A stretch of DNA of 64,000 bases from an uncultured bacterium (GCA_964499705.1 CAZCME010000014.1:1-64000), one strand, 5' to 3'; counted from the stretch's first letter, positions 24,841 through 35,462 are shown. Numbers and translations are program-made. The notes: a model not told the origin generated them from the letters alone.

Positions 24841-27800
24841 CGGAAGATCACCAGCTTCTCCGTGATCCGGCGCTTCTCCGTCGGCGCGGCGTAATCGAGC
24901 ACATAGACGTAGACGCCGGTCGAGATCGACTGGCCCTGCTCGTTGCGGCAGTTCCAGGAGTACTCCGTTGGAAACGTGTTCAGGTCGATCGTCCGATCGA
25001 TCACGTTCCTGCCTCCGAGATCGAAGACGCGGAGCTTCAGCGTTCCTCCGGCGGTCGCGTTGTATTTGAAGACTACGTTGCCGGCGCCGTCGGGACCGGG
25101 ATTCGGCGTCACGAATGTCTGCGACGTCGATAGCGCGGGAATGGCGAGCGCTCGGACCTGGGCTTCCGTGCCCGCAAGAATCCGGAACGATCTCGACTGC
25201 GCGAGTCCGCCGGCGTTGAATTGATATGTAGGCGTCGTCAAGAGCGTCGTCTGCGCGCCGTTCGAGAGGTCGACGAGCAGCGCGACGAAACCGGGCGGGA
25301 GATTTCCGAGATCGGAGAATGTCAGCGTCACGATATTGTCCGTCGTCGTGGGCGTCACGGTGAAGTCCCAGCGCTGAGCCGTCGTGAACGGCGGCTTCAT
25401 CTCTTGAGCGAACGCGCCGCTCACGCCAAGACCGCCCGCGAACTGACCCGAAACGATCGGCGGATTCTCTACGGTCGATGCGGTGGAACTCGCTCCGAAG
25501 AGATTCGAGAATTCGTTTCCGCCGTCGCCGCGCACCGTCAGCTTCGCGGTCCAATCGCTCGTGGTGCCGACGGCCTGCGCCGACGCGAGCGGGGCGCTGG
25601 CTTCGCTGAAGTAGAAGTACGGCGAGAGACGGAGCGTCGCGGCGGTGTTCGCTTTCAGCCAGAATCCGTTCCATGGCGTCAGGATCGGATCGACGTTCGT
25701 CGCGCTCGGTCCGAACTGATACGCATTATCCTTGTACCAGAAGATCTTGTTCTGGATGATGCCGGCCGCCTCCGCCGCCGCGACCGTCATGACCGTTCCG
25801 CCGCTCGAGACGATCTGCGAGGCGTTCCATCGCGTCAGGTTCGCGAACGGCGTCCCAACCATGTTCCATCCTTCCTTGATCGCGATGTCGCGGGTGTCGG
25901 TCACGAGCGTCGCCCCGTTGACGGAGTAACGGACCGCGACCGCGTTGCGGATGTAGTAACCGTCGCCCGAAACGAACGACGTCGGGATTTCATAGCGGCG
26001 GTTGATGGCATGATCGGCGATGGACGGATTCCAGTGGAAGATGCTCGTGGGCGCAAGTCCCGAGAGCGCCTGAGAAACTGTGGCGTTTGTCGGGACGCGG
26101 TTGACGGCAATGAGACGCCAGAGCGTCGCGGGCTGATCGTATTCGAGCGTGTGGAATCCGATGTAGACCGGAGAAAGCGCGCCAACGACCGCCTTCACGA
26201 CGTAGACCCCCGCCACGTTGCCCGCCAGAAGGTTGAGGCGGCTGATTCCGCCCGCGTCCGTCGGAGTGTACGTGATCGACTCCCCTGTCGCGCCGGTCGG
26301 CTTCGCGACGACCGTGAAGGTGGGAACGAATCCCGCGAGCGCGGCGCCGAAATTGTCCGTCACAAGGATCTGCGCCGAGTCGACCGAAAACGTCGCCGGA
26401 GATAATCTGAACGAGGATGCCCCGGAAATTGTGACGGTGTTCGGCGTGGTCGAGATGTTGATCCGGAGCCGGAACGAATCGGACGTGCGCGTGTTGCCGA
26501 CGGTGTCGCGGGCGATGATCCGCCAGTACCACGTCTCGTTTGTCGCGAGCGTCCGAGTGCTGCTTGTGGAAGTTCCCATCGGTGAATCGACGAACGGATT
26601 CGTGAACGCGATGGAGGAGTCGATCTGGAGCCGGTACGAGTCGAAGCCCGCGCCCGTGTCCGACGCAGCGCTCCATGTGAACGTGATCGTCGTCGCCGAC
26701 GTTTCATGGCCATGCGCGGGAGCGGACGGCCCGAACCCGAACGGCGGGAACGAATCGACGAGCACCGTCGTCGACCGCGAGTCGCTCGCCAGAGCGCTGT
26801 CCCGGACGGTCACCCGGAGAACGTTCGCGCCGTCGGTCGCGGCGAGAGGAATGAAGTACGTGGAGTCCGACGTCGTATCGGTGAAGGCGCCTCCGGGGCC
26901 GGAAACCACCGACCAGACATACGTGAGCGAGTCGCCGTTCGTCGCGGTGTCGACGTCGAACGAACCTGTGATCCGGAGAAATGTGGAGTCGATCGGGCGG
27001 ATCGTGCTGTCGGAGATCGAGATCGTGCCGGCGGTCGGCGTGTCGTTCACGACGGTGAGCGTGATCGCGAGCAACTGCGTGATCGTGTCCTTATTGTCGG
27101 AGAGCCGCAGCGTCACGGTCTCGGTTCCGTTCGAGTCCGCGGTCGGCGAGATCCGGAGCGTTCGCGAATCGAGCATCGTCGCCATGAAGATTCCTCCGCC
27201 GCCGGTCACGCTCCAAAAGGCGATGATCGAGTCCGCCGGGCTTGAATCATTCGTGAACGGCGAAAGAGCGACCGTCCAGACCACGGTATCTTCCGGACGC
27301 GACTGCGCGGGGGCGGTGGGAAAAATGGTGGGCGTGTCGTTGGGTGTGATGTTGATCCGGAGCCGGAACGAATCGGATGTCGAGGAGTTGCCGACGGTGT
27401 CGCGGGCGACGATCCTCCAGTACCACGTCTCGCCCGCCGTAAGCGTCCGCGAACTGCTGGTCGACGTTCCCACCGCCGAGTCGATCTTCGGGTTGGCGAA
27501 GGACGTGGAGGAATCGATCTGGATCCGGTACGAGTCGAAGCCCGCTCCGGTGTCCGACGCGGCCGTCCACGTGAACGTGATCGTCGTCGCCGTCGTCTCG
27601 TGTCCGTGCGCGGGCGCGGACGGCGCGAATCCGAACGGCGGAAACGAGTCGACGAGGACGGTCGTCGAGCGGGAGTCGCTCAGGAGGGCGCTATCCCGAA
27701 CCGTCACTCGGAGGACGTTCGTTCCGTCGGTCGCGGCGAGCGGAATGAAATATGTGGAGTCCGACGTCGTGTCGGTGAAGGCGCCGCCCGGCCCGGAGAC

Positions 27801-29915
27801 GACCGACCAGAGGTAAGTGAACGTGTCGCCATTCGTGGCGATGTCGGTGTCGGTCGAACCGGTGATCCGGAGAAACGTGGAGTCGATCGGACGGATCGTG
27901 CTGTCGGAGATGGTGATAGTACCGGCGACGGGTGTGTCGTTCACGGGGGTGAGCGTGATCGCGAGGAACTGCGTGACCGTTTCACTGGTATCGGAAAGTC
28001 TCAGCGTCACGGTCTCGGTGCCGTTCGAGTCCGCCCTCGGCGCGATGCGGAGCGTGCGCGAATCATTCATCGAGACCGTCACGATGCTCCCGCCACCAGA
28101 AACGGTCCAGAAAGCGATGAGCGTGTCACCGGCGTCGGTGTCATTGGTGAAGGGCGTGAGCGCGATCGTCCAGACAACCGTATCCTCCACCCGCGACTGG
28201 GCGGGTACGGAGGGCGACGAGATGAAGGGCGTGTCGTTCACTGCAGCCAGTGTAATCGCAAGGGTATCGCTGGTCGTGTCCTTGTTGTCCGACAGGCGGA
28301 CCGTCACGGTCTCGGTGCCGTTCCGATCCGCGATCGGCGTGATCCGGAGCGTCTGCGAATCGTCCATCGAGACAGTCACGACCGTGCCGCCGCCCGTAAC
28401 GCTCCAGAAGAGAATCGGAACATCGAGGAAGTTCGTGTCGTTGCCGAAGGGCGTAAGAGTAACAGTCCATGCCGCGGTGTCCTCATTACGCGACTGCGGC
28501 GGAAGAGGAACGATTGTGGGCGCCAGGTTCCCGGTAAGAGCGATCCGGAAGTGCGTATCCGCCGCATCGAACGTCACCCAGGATGTCGCAACGCCAGCGG
28601 AACCGCCGATAGCGCGCGCCTGCCAGTGGTACTGGCCATTCGCCAGGCTGTCGGCGAGGATCGAGAGCGTCTCGCCTCCCGACGACGCCGAGGGGGCGCT
28701 CTGGAAGAATGTGATCGTGTCGATGGCAGGATTCGCCGGGCTCGTGAAGGCCGTTCCCGCCGCGCGCAGTTCAACCTGGATCCGGAACGTTTCGCTGCCC
28801 GTTCCGGAGGCGAAAATGTTGAAGCGGATCGAGTTCGTGTCCGTCACCTGGTCGTTGAGCGCGATCGGCGTCATATCGGGCTTCGTCTGCGCAAGCCCGG
28901 TCGGCGTATTCGGCGCGGCGGAATCGAGGTAGAACCGGGAGAAGCTGGTCGAGATTCCTCCGTGAAGACCATACAGGAAATTGCCGCTTCCGGGATACAC
29001 GAGGCCACCGCCGGCCTGGAAAGTGTTCGGTGCCGTATCCGAGATCAACGTCCAGTTGTTGCCGCTGATCGAGTAGCGGTACATGTCGCTGGAGTTGTCG
29101 CCGCGCGTCGCGTAAATGAAGTTGCCGGAGCCCGGATAGAGCAGCGACCCGCCGCCTTGCACGTTCACCGGCAGAGAGGTCATCGCCGACCATGTATTCG
29201 ACGAGATGATGTAGCGGTAAAAATCCGGGTTCAGACCTCCTCGCAGAGCGAAAATGGTGTCGCTGCCGGCTTGCGCGAGCGCCGCGCCGGCGTCGATGGT
29301 ACCCGGAGCATCAAGCATTGCCGTCCATGTATTCGTGGAGATGGTGTATTGATAGAAGTTCATCGTGCCAACGCCCGGCGTGGCGAAGATCGTGTCGTCA
29401 CCCGTCGTGACAAGCGCGCCGCCCCCCTGCACGACCTGCGGAATATCGAGCATCGCGGTCCAGGCGTCCGCCGAGATGACGTACCGAGTGAAGGCCTGCG
29501 ACAATCCTCCCGACAGGACGAAGATCGTATCGCTCCCGGCTAGTTCGAGCGTTCCGCCACCCGCCAGGGTCCCCGTCAGATCGGTCATCTGAGACCACGC
29601 GTCCTGCGAGATGATGTACCTGTAAAGCGTGGCGGCGTTGTCGCCGCGCATCGCGAAGATCGTATCCGTTCCGGCCTCGGTCATGAGCCTGCCTTCGTTC
29701 AACCCGCCGCCGATATTCAACGGCGTCGCGGCGCGCGTGTCCCAGTTGAACGCGGTGGCGGCTCGCGCGGGAGCGACGAGCGCGAAGAAGAGGATGAGGA
29801 AGGAACAATATTTAATTTGTAATTTGTAATTTGTAATTTGTAATTTTTCAGCTCGATCAGGAGCAAAATTAAATATTTCAAATTTCAAATTACACATTAT
29901 AAATCGTCTTTTCAT
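24837..29915 (-). CDS. 1692-aa secreted Kelch-like propeller + cadherin-like/PKD/FN3 repeat protein with C-terminal FlgD-Ig / T9SS-CTD-like domain
   Basis: Start ATG 29915 (TGATG overlap). About six repeats of DTIFA..G......Y.Y.IS...W..M; 298-aa tandem duplication; C-terminus TPNP...[11 protein letters not shown]...[20 protein letters not shown]...EKLVIFR. Confidence 0.8.
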   Translation of the reverse strand: MKRRFIMCNLKFEIFNFAPDRAEKLQITNYKLQIKYCSFLILFFALVAPARAATAFNWDTRAATPLNIGGGLNEGRLMTEAGTDTIFAMRGDNAATLYRYIISQDAWSQMTDLTGTLAGGGTLELAGSDTIFVLSGGLSQAFTRYVISADAWTAMLDIPQVVQGGGALVTTGDDTIFATPGVGTMNFYQYTISTNTWTAMLDAPGTIDAGAALAQAGSDTIFALRGGLNPDFYRYIISSNTWSAMTSLPVNVQGGGSLLYPGSGNFIYATRGDNSSDMYRYSISGNNWTLISDTAPNTFQAGGGLVYPGSGNFLYGLHGGISTSFSRFYLDSAAPNTPTGLAQTKPDMTPIALNDQVTDTNSIRFNIFASGTGSETFRIQVELRAAGTAFTSPANPAIDTITFFQSAPSASSGGETLSILADSLANGQYHWQARAIGGSAGVATSWVTFDAADTHFRIALTGNLAPTIVPLPPQSRNEDTAAWTVTLTPFGNDTNFLDVPILFWSVTGGGTVVTVSMDDSQTLRITPIADRNGTETVTVRLSDNKDTTSDTLAITLAAVNDTPFISSPSVPAQSRVEDTVVWTIALTPFTNDTDAGDTLIAFWTVSGGGSIVTVSMNDSRTLRIAPRADSNGTETVTLRLSDTSETVTQFLAITLTPVNDTPVAGTITISDSTIRPIDSTFLRITGSTDTDIATNGDTFTYLWSVVSGPGGAFTDTTSDSTYFIPLAATDGTNVLRVTVRDSALLSDSRSTTVLVDSFPPFGFAPSAPAHGHETTATTITFTWTAASDTGAGFDSYRIQIDSSTSFANPKIDSAVGTSTSSSRTLTAGETWYWRIVARDTVGNSSTSDSFRLRINITPNDTPTIFPTAPAQSRPEDTVVWTVALSPFTNDSSPADSIIAFWSVTGGGGIFMATMLDSRTLRISPTADSNGTETVTLRLSDNKDTITQLLAITLTVVNDTPTAGTISISDSTIRPIDSTFLRITGSFDVDTATNGDSLTYVWSVVSGPGGAFTDTTSDSTYFIPLAATDGANVLRVTVRDSALASDSRSTTVLVDSFPPFGFGPSAPAHGHETSATTITFTWSAASDTGAGFDSYRLQIDSSIAFTNPFVDSPMGTSTSSTRTLATNETWYWRIIARDTVGNTRTSDSFRLRINISTTPNTVTISGASSFRLSPATFSVDSAQILVTDNFGAALAGFVPTFTVVAKPTGATGESITYTPTDAGGISRLNLLAGNVAGVYVVKAVVGALSPVYIGFHTLEYDQPATLWRLIAVNRVPTNATVSQALSGLAPTSIFHWNPSIADHAINRRYEIPTSFVSGDGYYIRNAVAVRYSVNGATLVTDTRDIAIKEGWNMVGTPFANLTRWNASQIVSSGGTVMTVAAAEAAGIIQNKIFWYKDNAYQFGPSATNVDPILTPWNGFWLKANTAATLRLSPYFYFSEASAPLASAQAVGTTSDWTAKLTVRGDGGNEFSNLFGASSTASTVENPPIVSGQFAGGLGVSGAFAQEMKPPFTTAQRWDFTVTPTTTDNIVTLTFSDLGNLPPGFVALLVDLSNGAQTTLLTTPTYQFNAGGLAQSRSFRILAGTEAQVRALAIPALSTSQTFVTPNPGPDGAGNVVFKYNATAGGTLKLRVFDLGGRNVIDRTIDLNTFPTEYSWNCRNEQGQSISTGVYVYVLDYAAPTEKRRITEKLVIFR
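26454..28240. repeat. Intragenic tandem duplication, period 894 bp (298 aa)
   Basis: GATGTTGATCCGGAGCCGGAACGAATCGGA starts at 26454 and 27348, and the protein units are near-identical. Right boundary approximate. Confidence 0.85.
29808..29904. repeat. 97-bp AT-rich heptamer palindrome (family C) inside a signal-peptide coding region
   Basis: (AATTTGT)x4 at 29814-29841, short GC spacer, degenerate inverted arm. Confidence 0.9.
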
Positions 29916-32167
29916 CAAAAGATCACCTTCAACCCGAGCAGGGTCGTCCACCGGTGATGATTATTCGCCGTGATCGCGAAGTCGTTGATCTCATAGTCGC
30001 CGCGCGCGGTCAGAGTGTTCTTGAACTCGGCGCGCTCGTTCGTGTACGAGAGATCGAGCGTGAACCGGTCCTTCGTCGAGTCCTGCGACTGGAGCGTCCC
30101 GCGCTTCAGATCCCGCAGATAATCGAACCGTCCTGTGAAGGCATCCTTCTCGTACGAGAGTGAACCTCCGAACGTCGAAAAGCGATCCTGTTGAACTCCG
30201 CCGTCGCGCGAGCGGTAATTGCCCTTCAGCTCGACCTTCAGAAAGTCATTGATCGATTTCGAGACCGTGTTATCCCACCGCAGCTCCTGGATCGTCTGCA
30301 GCTCGAACCTCAGCTTGTCGCGTTCCCGCTCGTCGTCCCACGTGAAGCTGGTCGTGTAGATGTCCCATAGCGTGTTCTTAACGTTGAATGAGGCCTTGAA
30401 GTTCTCGCGATTGTTGGACGGCGCCGTTCCGACGACCTTGATGTCGTCATACGTCCGGCGGAGAGAATAGTCGGTGGTGAAGACGGACTTATTGAGATAC
30501 GGGCTCTTCCACGTCGCGAACGGCTTGGAGACGAGATTCAGGCCCGATGTCAGAAGCACGTCCACGGAGGTGCGATTCGCGACGCGGTTCGATCGCGTAG
30601 CTTCTCCTCTCCATGTATAGTCGATCCACTTCACTTTTCCGGGCAAATTCGCGGTCACGCCCAGCTTCTCGCGATCCGAAGTTGCGCTGCCGTAGATAGT
30701 CCGGAAATTCTCGTCCACATACGTGTAGACGCCCTCCAGCGTCAGATCGTGGTATTTCTGCGTCAGCCGGAGGTCCAGGAGATCGCCGCGGTTGTACGTC
30801 GTGTCAGGCAACCGGATTTCCTTGTGGTACGACCGGTCGAGATCGAACTTCAGCTCGGTTGAGTGCTTCCACGGCGCTTTTGCGCTTCCGCTGATTCCGT
30901 AGATCTGATTGTCCACCTGAGTCCTGACGCCCGCGGCTACGGTCGGATCCTGGTCGCGCGCCGCGTCGGCCAGGAATCGGACCTTCACGATGTCCTTGAA
31001 GGCCGCTTCCCACGCGCCGCCCACCGAGTAGCGCGGCAGATCCCCGAGGCCGTTCGCCCGGAAATCCCGGCCGCCGATAACCAGCAGGTTGTGCTTCATC
31101 CCGCCGAATTCGTATTTCCCGTCGTAGGATGCGCCGGCAAGCGTCTGGTCGAAGACATACTTGTTCAAGGTCGCGCTCACGGTGCCGAACTTGAAGAGGT
31201 TGTTCGGATTGACGAGATACTCCAATTCGCCCCGCTGCAGGGACAGCGCGCGAATCTCCCTCGGTTCGTACTTCCCGATGGCGACGCCCTTGACTTCCGA
31301 ATTGTCCCAGCGGATCGGCTCGAGCTTCATCGTCGTCGTCTGCGTGAATCGGTTCGTCGTGAACTTGTTCTGCCCCGCCGCCGCAAGCGTCCCTTCCGGG
31401 ATATTGATGATCTCGTCCTCGAAATTGAGGTTCCACGAAAGATACTTTCGCCGCGGAACCGGCGGCCCGACGCCGCCCAGCAGCGCTTTCTCCTCATCCG
31501 ATAGTTCGACCTTTTCGCGCGGAGCCGCCGGCGCCGTCACGGGGAGTCGATCCCGCTCCCGGTCTAGAACGGCGTGGATAGCCTCAGCAAGTTCGACGAG
31601 AAGTTTCTCCTCGATCGCCTCGCGGTCGGTCATGCCAAGTTCGAGCGAATAGGTATCCGTGTAATAGTTCAGCTCCCGGATAAAATTCTTACGCTCCACA
31701 ATATCCCGGCCCGTTCCTTCGTCGAGCACGGCGAAGTCGACGCGGATCTGGACGAGTCGTTCGAGCGGTCTGCCGTTGGCGTCCGTCCGCCGATCGGTGA
31801 TCGTCAGCTCCCGGATCGTTCCGGAGAGCGAAAGCGCCGCGGTCGTCGAGAGCGTGAACCCGGTGTCCGAGAGAAGTGTCCGCTCGATCGCGCGCTTCAG
31901 GATTCCGACGACCGTCTTGCCCTGACCTGACCCGTCCGCAACTTCCGTAATACGGACGTTTGCGGCTGTCTGAAACTCGTCCACACGGAGCGCGATCGGA
32001 GCAGGCGCAGAAGCGGAAGCGGAAAGGGCGAGAGTCAGGCAGAGCAGGATCGGGAGATATTTAATTTGTAATTTGTAATTTGTAATTTGTAATTTTCCGG
32101 TTCGAGCAGTAGAAAAATTACAAATTAAACATTTCAAATTAGAAATTAAATATTGATTTTTCTTCAT
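29915..32167 (-). CDS. 750-aa outer-membrane protein: LptE-like N-terminal domain + large beta-barrel
   Basis: Start ATG 32167 (TGATG overlap). Signal ...LLCLTLALSASA; LSLSGTIREL...VQIRVDFAVLD...EAIEEKLLVELAEAI resembles the LptE fold; ~500 aa of amphipathic strands ending LGLKVIF. Confidence 0.65.
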   Translation of the reverse strand: MKKNQYLISNLKCLICNFSTARTGKLQITNYKLQIKYLPILLCLTLALSASASAPAPIALRVDEFQTAANVRITEVADGSGQGKTVVGILKRAIERTLLSDTGFTLSTTAALSLSGTIRELTITDRRTDANGRPLERLVQIRVDFAVLDEGTGRDIVERKNFIRELNYYTDTYSLELGMTDREAIEEKLLVELAEAIHAVLDRERDRLPVTAPAAPREKVELSDEEKALLGGVGPPVPRRKYLSWNLNFEDEIINIPEGTLAAAGQNKFTTNRFTQTTTMKLEPIRWDNSEVKGVAIGKYEPREIRALSLQRGELEYLVNPNNLFKFGTVSATLNKYVFDQTLAGASYDGKYEFGGMKHNLLVIGGRDFRANGLGDLPRYSVGGAWEAAFKDIVKVRFLADAARDQDPTVAAGVRTQVDNQIYGISGSAKAPWKHSTELKFDLDRSYHKEIRLPDTTYNRGDLLDLRLTQKYHDLTLEGVYTYVDENFRTIYGSATSDREKLGVTANLPGKVKWIDYTWRGEATRSNRVANRTSVDVLLTSGLNLVSKPFATWKSPYLNKSVFTTDYSLRRTYDDIKVVGTAPSNNRENFKASFNVKNTLWDIYTTSFTWDDERERDKLRFELQTIQELRWDNTVSKSINDFLKVELKGNYRSRDGGVQQDRFSTFGGSLSYEKDAFTGRFDYLRDLKRGTLQSQDSTKDRFTLDLSYTNERAEFKNTLTARGDYEINDFAITANNHHRWTTLLGLKVIF
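32057..32153. repeat. 97-bp AT-rich heptamer palindrome (family C) inside a signal-peptide coding region
   Basis: ATATTT(AATTTGT)x4...AATTAAATAT; same length and left arm as 29808-29904. Confidence 0.9.
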
Positions 32168-33048
32168 CAGAACTTCACCCCAAGGCTCACGGTATGCGTG
32201 AAGTCCAGTTCGCGATGCGCCGCGAGGCCGTACTCGAGCGCGATGTTGTTGTAGCGGACGACGCCGCCCGCGGTCCATTGTCGCGAGGCGTCCTGATAGC
32301 CGCCCATGATGGAGAGGAACTCGAACAGTTCATATTCCGCTCCGATCTGAAAGTCGCTCGAGCCGTCCTCGCGCCACGTGAGCCCGCCGCCAAGATGGAG
32401 AAGCGAGTACGGCGACCACTCGCCGCGAAGTTCGCCCGTAATCGGCAGAGCGTCCGCGTCTCCGCGATTGGTCGAGAGATTACGGAGGTTCACCGTGAAC
32501 AGGGCGCTCTTCCATGTGTAATCGGCGCCGAGATCGAGCCCGAAGCGCGAGCGCGACCGATCACGGACCGAAAATCCGACATAGTTGATCTGCGCGCCGT
32601 ATCCGAAGCGCGACGATACTCCTGATCGTCGCGGCGCGAAGGAGAGGCGCACGGCGTCCATGCGCGCGTCGAAGAGATTTCCGGTCAGCACTCCGTTGGC
32701 CGCCTCACGGATCCCTGCGACCCTCAGCTGGCTGAAAGAGAACCCGATATTCCCGTAACGCAGACGGTCCGACGTGATGTCGACGCTGCCGAGATCGAAG
32801 CCGTCGATATTGTCGAATGGTTTGGAGTAGGTCGTTCCGATCGCGTCTCCGGAGTTTTCTCGGATCCGTGACGGACCGCTGTACATGCGTGAAACGTTAT
32901 TCCGAGCGACAGCCTTCCCGGATGCGATCCAGCCGGCGGGCCCCAGGAGATCCGTAAACGCATCGAAGCCGCCGCCCTCCCCGGTGAGCGTCGAACCGGA
33001 AGCCAGTGTGGGAGATGCAATCATTAAGGTGAGAAGGATAGAGAGCAT
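32167..33048 (-). CDS. PorV/PorQ-like (FadL-type) outer-membrane beta-barrel
   Basis: Probable start ATG 33048 with signal MLSILLTLMIASPTLA; motifs FGLDLGADY, IGAEY, IMGGY, LEYGLAAHRELDFTHTVSLGVKF. Confidence 0.7.
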   Translation of the reverse strand: MLSILLTLMIASPTLASGSTLTGEGGGFDAFTDLLGPAGWIASGKAVARNNVSRMYSGPSRIRENSGDAIGTTYSKPFDNIDGFDLGSVDITSDRLRYGNIGFSFSQLRVAGIREAANGVLTGNLFDARMDAVRLSFAPRRSGVSSRFGYGAQINYVGFSVRDRSRSRFGLDLGADYTWKSALFTVNLRNLSTNRGDADALPITGELRGEWSPYSLLHLGGGLTWREDGSSDFQIGAEYELFEFLSIMGGYQDASRQWTAGGVVRYNNIALEYGLAAHRELDFTHTVSLGVKF

Positions 33049-33435
33049 GACCGTGTGAAATCGAACCCGCGAGTTCAAAAGAAGGTCCGTACGACGGCTA
33101 TTCACTTGATCACCGCAATAAGTTCCACCGGTCATTGTCCTTAAAGAGCGCCGCATCCTGCGGCACCGTTTCATTGCGCTCGAAGAAGAAGAGAGCGAGA
33201 TCGACCCGTCACCGCGCAGCATCCATGAGGGAAGTTGCAGGGAAAAATATGGGGTCTGCCAACCATCGCCGAAACGCGGATAGGCGCGCGAGAAAGATCA
33301 CCTCACCTATATTTGTGCATCATTGCTCAACATTTAAATCAGAACAAGCCCTAAGTAGACTCTGGATCCCGAAAGTTAAACCACGAAACACAAAGAAAGA
33401 ATCCATTCATTCTTAGTCCCAGGATGATAAAGGCC

Positions 33436-33470
33436 GAGGTCCCTTTCACCCCGAAGGTGAAAGGGACCTC
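33436..33470. terminator. Perfect 15-bp hairpin between panE and the surface operon
   Basis: GAGGTCCCTTTCACC-CCGAA-GGTGAAAGGGACCTC; no clear U-tract, so terminator function is uncertain. Confidence 0.5.
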
Positions 33471-33573
33471 TCGGATATTAGCATGATAATGTGTGCCCCC
33501 TGGAATATTCCCAAGGCCCCAAGAACGGCTGAAAATGGTCAAAAAACGCTATTTAGAGAAGAAAAGCCATCGT

Positions 33574-34545
33574 CTATCGCGGAACGCCCGATAGCAGCTT
33601 GCGCATCAGCGGCAGCGAGGCTCCGCCGGCTTCGCCCCGCCGGAGCGGTTCCGCGAAGATCTGCTCCGTCTCGAGCGGTCGTCCGCTCAGGAAATCGACG
33701 AGCATCGACGGACGGTATGCTCCCATCTTCTCCGTCGCCGCGAAATTCGCCTCCACCATCGACGAATCGAGCGTCACGCCATCTGCACGGGCCGCCGCGA
33801 TCACTTCTTCCATCAACCCGCGCGCGAACGCCCTTTTATCCGGATCGTTCATGATCACATCCGTCGTCACGCCCCCGAAATAAATGGAGAGCCCGCTGAA
33901 CGGAACGTTCCAGACGAGCTTCAACCACTTGATCTTCTTCGCGGCCGCTCCTGCGCCATCCTTGGCGCCCGCGGCACTTCTACCCGGCAAGCCGGCTCCA
34001 TCCGGTTGGTCGTCGGGTTCGACGCTGCACTTCACTCCAGCAGCCTTGAACCGCGCGGCAATATCCTCGACACCCGCTCCCGGATGAACGGCGGAGGAAT
34101 CGAACCAGGCCAGGCGCATGGTTCCCGCGCTCGTGTGGAGCACGACGCCGGGCCTCACTTTCTCTGAACAAATGAACGCGGACCCCGCAATGACGCGTTC
34201 CGGTCCGCAGACGGACGCGATCGCTTCCTCGTTGCCCAAGCCGTTCTGGAGCGTGACGATCAGAGAGGTGGAGAGGAGAAGAGGCGGGAGGAGATCCCTT
34301 AGTGCCGGAGTATCGAACCCCTTCAGCGACACGATCACCACGTCGGATTGAGGCATGTCGCGGACGTTCCGATACGCGTGCACATCAACATGAAAATCCC
34401 CATCGCAGCTCTCGACCTTCAGCCCCTTCTCCTTCATGACGTCGTAATCGCTCCGGCAGAGATAGTGAACTTCCTCGCCATGCTGCGCCAGCCGCCCGCC
34501 GTAGTAACACCCCACGGCGCCGGCACCGATCACGGCGAATCTCAT
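33574..34545 (-). CDS. panE: 2-dehydropantoate 2-reductase (ApbA/PanE family)
   Basis: IGAGAVG Rossmann motif, [19 protein letters not shown]...LE. Carries a ~23-aa insertion. Confidence 0.9.
   Translation of the reverse strand: MRFAVIGAGAVGCYYGGRLAQHGEEVHYLCRSDYDVMKEKGLKVESCDGDFHVDVHAYRNVRDMPQSDVVIVSLKGFDTPALRDLLPPLLLSTSLIVTLQNGLGNEEAIASVCGPERVIAGSAFICSEKVRPGVVLHTSAGTMRLAWFDSSAVHPGAGVEDIAARFKAAGVKCSVEPDDQPDGAGLPGRSAAGAKDGAGAAAKKIKWLKLVWNVPFSGLSIYFGGVTTDVIMNDPDKRAFARGLMEEVIAAARADGVTLDSSMVEANFAATEKMGAYRPSMLVDFLSGRPLETEQIFAEPLRRGEAGGASLPLMRKLLSGVPR
33941..34010 (-). repeat. Palindromic element family A (in frame in panE)
   Basis: Minus strand ACCAACCGGATGGAG-CCGGCTTGCCGGGTA-GAAGTGCCGCGGGCGCCAAGGATGGCGCAGGAGCGGCCGC. 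Confidence 0.85.
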
Positions 34546-34724
34546 TGAGCGCTCTCCACGTCGGCGTGAATGGCACCGTCCTCGATATGGATACGCACCC
34601 GCAGGGGATTGCAGCAGACGGAGCAGTCCTCGACATATTCCTGGCGCGACACGGACGGATCAACGAGGAGCATGATTGTTTCCCAGCAGCAGGGACACTG
34701 GACATGGGCTTCTTCGAGGTTCAT
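34542..34724 (-). CDS. CPXCG-family cysteine-rich small protein
   Basis: CPCCWE...[15 protein letters not shown] overlap with panE. Confidence 0.85.
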   Translation of the reverse strand: MNLEEAHVQCPCCWETIMLLVDPSVSRQEYVEDCSVCCNPLRVRIHIEDGAIHADVESAQ

Positions 34725-34756
34725 GAGAAAACAATGATATCTGATTTCAGTTTTAA

Positions 34757-34790
34757 GATTTTAGATTTTAGATTTTAGATTTTAGATTTG
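34757..34790 (+). repeat. (GATTTTA)x4 heptamer tract in a divergent promoter region
   Basis: Four perfect units 34757-34784 plus degenerate flanks. Confidence 0.9.
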
Positions 34791-34807
34791 GCGGTACAAT
34801 CCCGGCC

Positions 34808-35449
34808 ATGAACCTTCTCGATCCCCGACTTGTCGCGTATGCGGAGGCGCGCACGGCGGCCGAACCGGCGCACCTGCGCCGTCTCTCGGCTTATACGTAT
34901 GAGAATCACGATTGCCCGCAGATGCTCTCGGGGCATCTCCAGGGCCGCCTACTCTCCCTTCTCTCCCGGATTGTCCGGCCCCGCCGCGCGCTGGAAATCG
35001 GCACGTTCACCGGCTACTCGGCGGTCTGCCTCGCCGAGGGACTAGCTCCCTCCGGGAAGCTCAATACGATCGAAATCAACCCGAAGCTCCGCCCCGTCAT
35101 CGAAAATTCCCTGGATGCGGGCCGAGCCCGCAAAAAGGTAAAGGTGCATTTCGGAAAAGCGCTGGAGATCATCCCGACGATTCGCGGCGCATTCGACCTC
35201 GTCTTCATCGACGCCGATAAGACGAATTACGGGAAATACTTCGACGCCGTGATCGACCGTGTGCGTTCAGGAGGCCTCGTGATCGCCGATAATGTGCTCT
35301 GGAGCGGACGCGTCCTTCTGCCGCGGAAGAAGCAGGATCGCGACACGCGAGCGCTGTCCGCGTTCGCCCGGAAACTGAAGCGTGATCCTCGCGTGATGCC
35401 CGTGCTGCTCCCCGTACGAGACGGCCTGCTTGTGGCCGTAAAATTGTAA
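34808..35449 (+). CDS. SAM-dependent O-methyltransferase (Methyltransf_3 / CCoAOMT-like)
   Basis: LEIGTFTGYS, FDLVFIDADK, ADNVLWSG. Confidence 0.92.
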   Translation: MNLLDPRLVAYAEARTAAEPAHLRRLSAYTYENHDCPQMLSGHLQGRLLSLLSRIVRPRRALEIGTFTGYSAVCLAEGLAPSGKLNTIEINPKLRPVIENSLDAGRARKKVKVHFGKALEIIPTIRGAFDLVFIDADKTNYGKYFDAVIDRVRSGGLVIADNVLWSGRVLLPRKKQDRDTRALSAFARKLKRDPRVMPVLLPVRDGLLVAVKL

Positions 35450-35462
35450 GCGCCCCCACAGA

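Noticed and set aside
24841-25674. 278-aa N-terminal extension of the 7822-aa ORF
   Set aside because: Arg-rich off-frame overlap with the upstream gene; the ATGA junction and signal peptide place the start at 24840.
851-31930. Many long plus-strand ORFs (e.g. 851-2302, 22177-23961, 27600-29543)
   Set aside because: Antisense shadows of high-GC minus-strand genes with no recognisable motifs.
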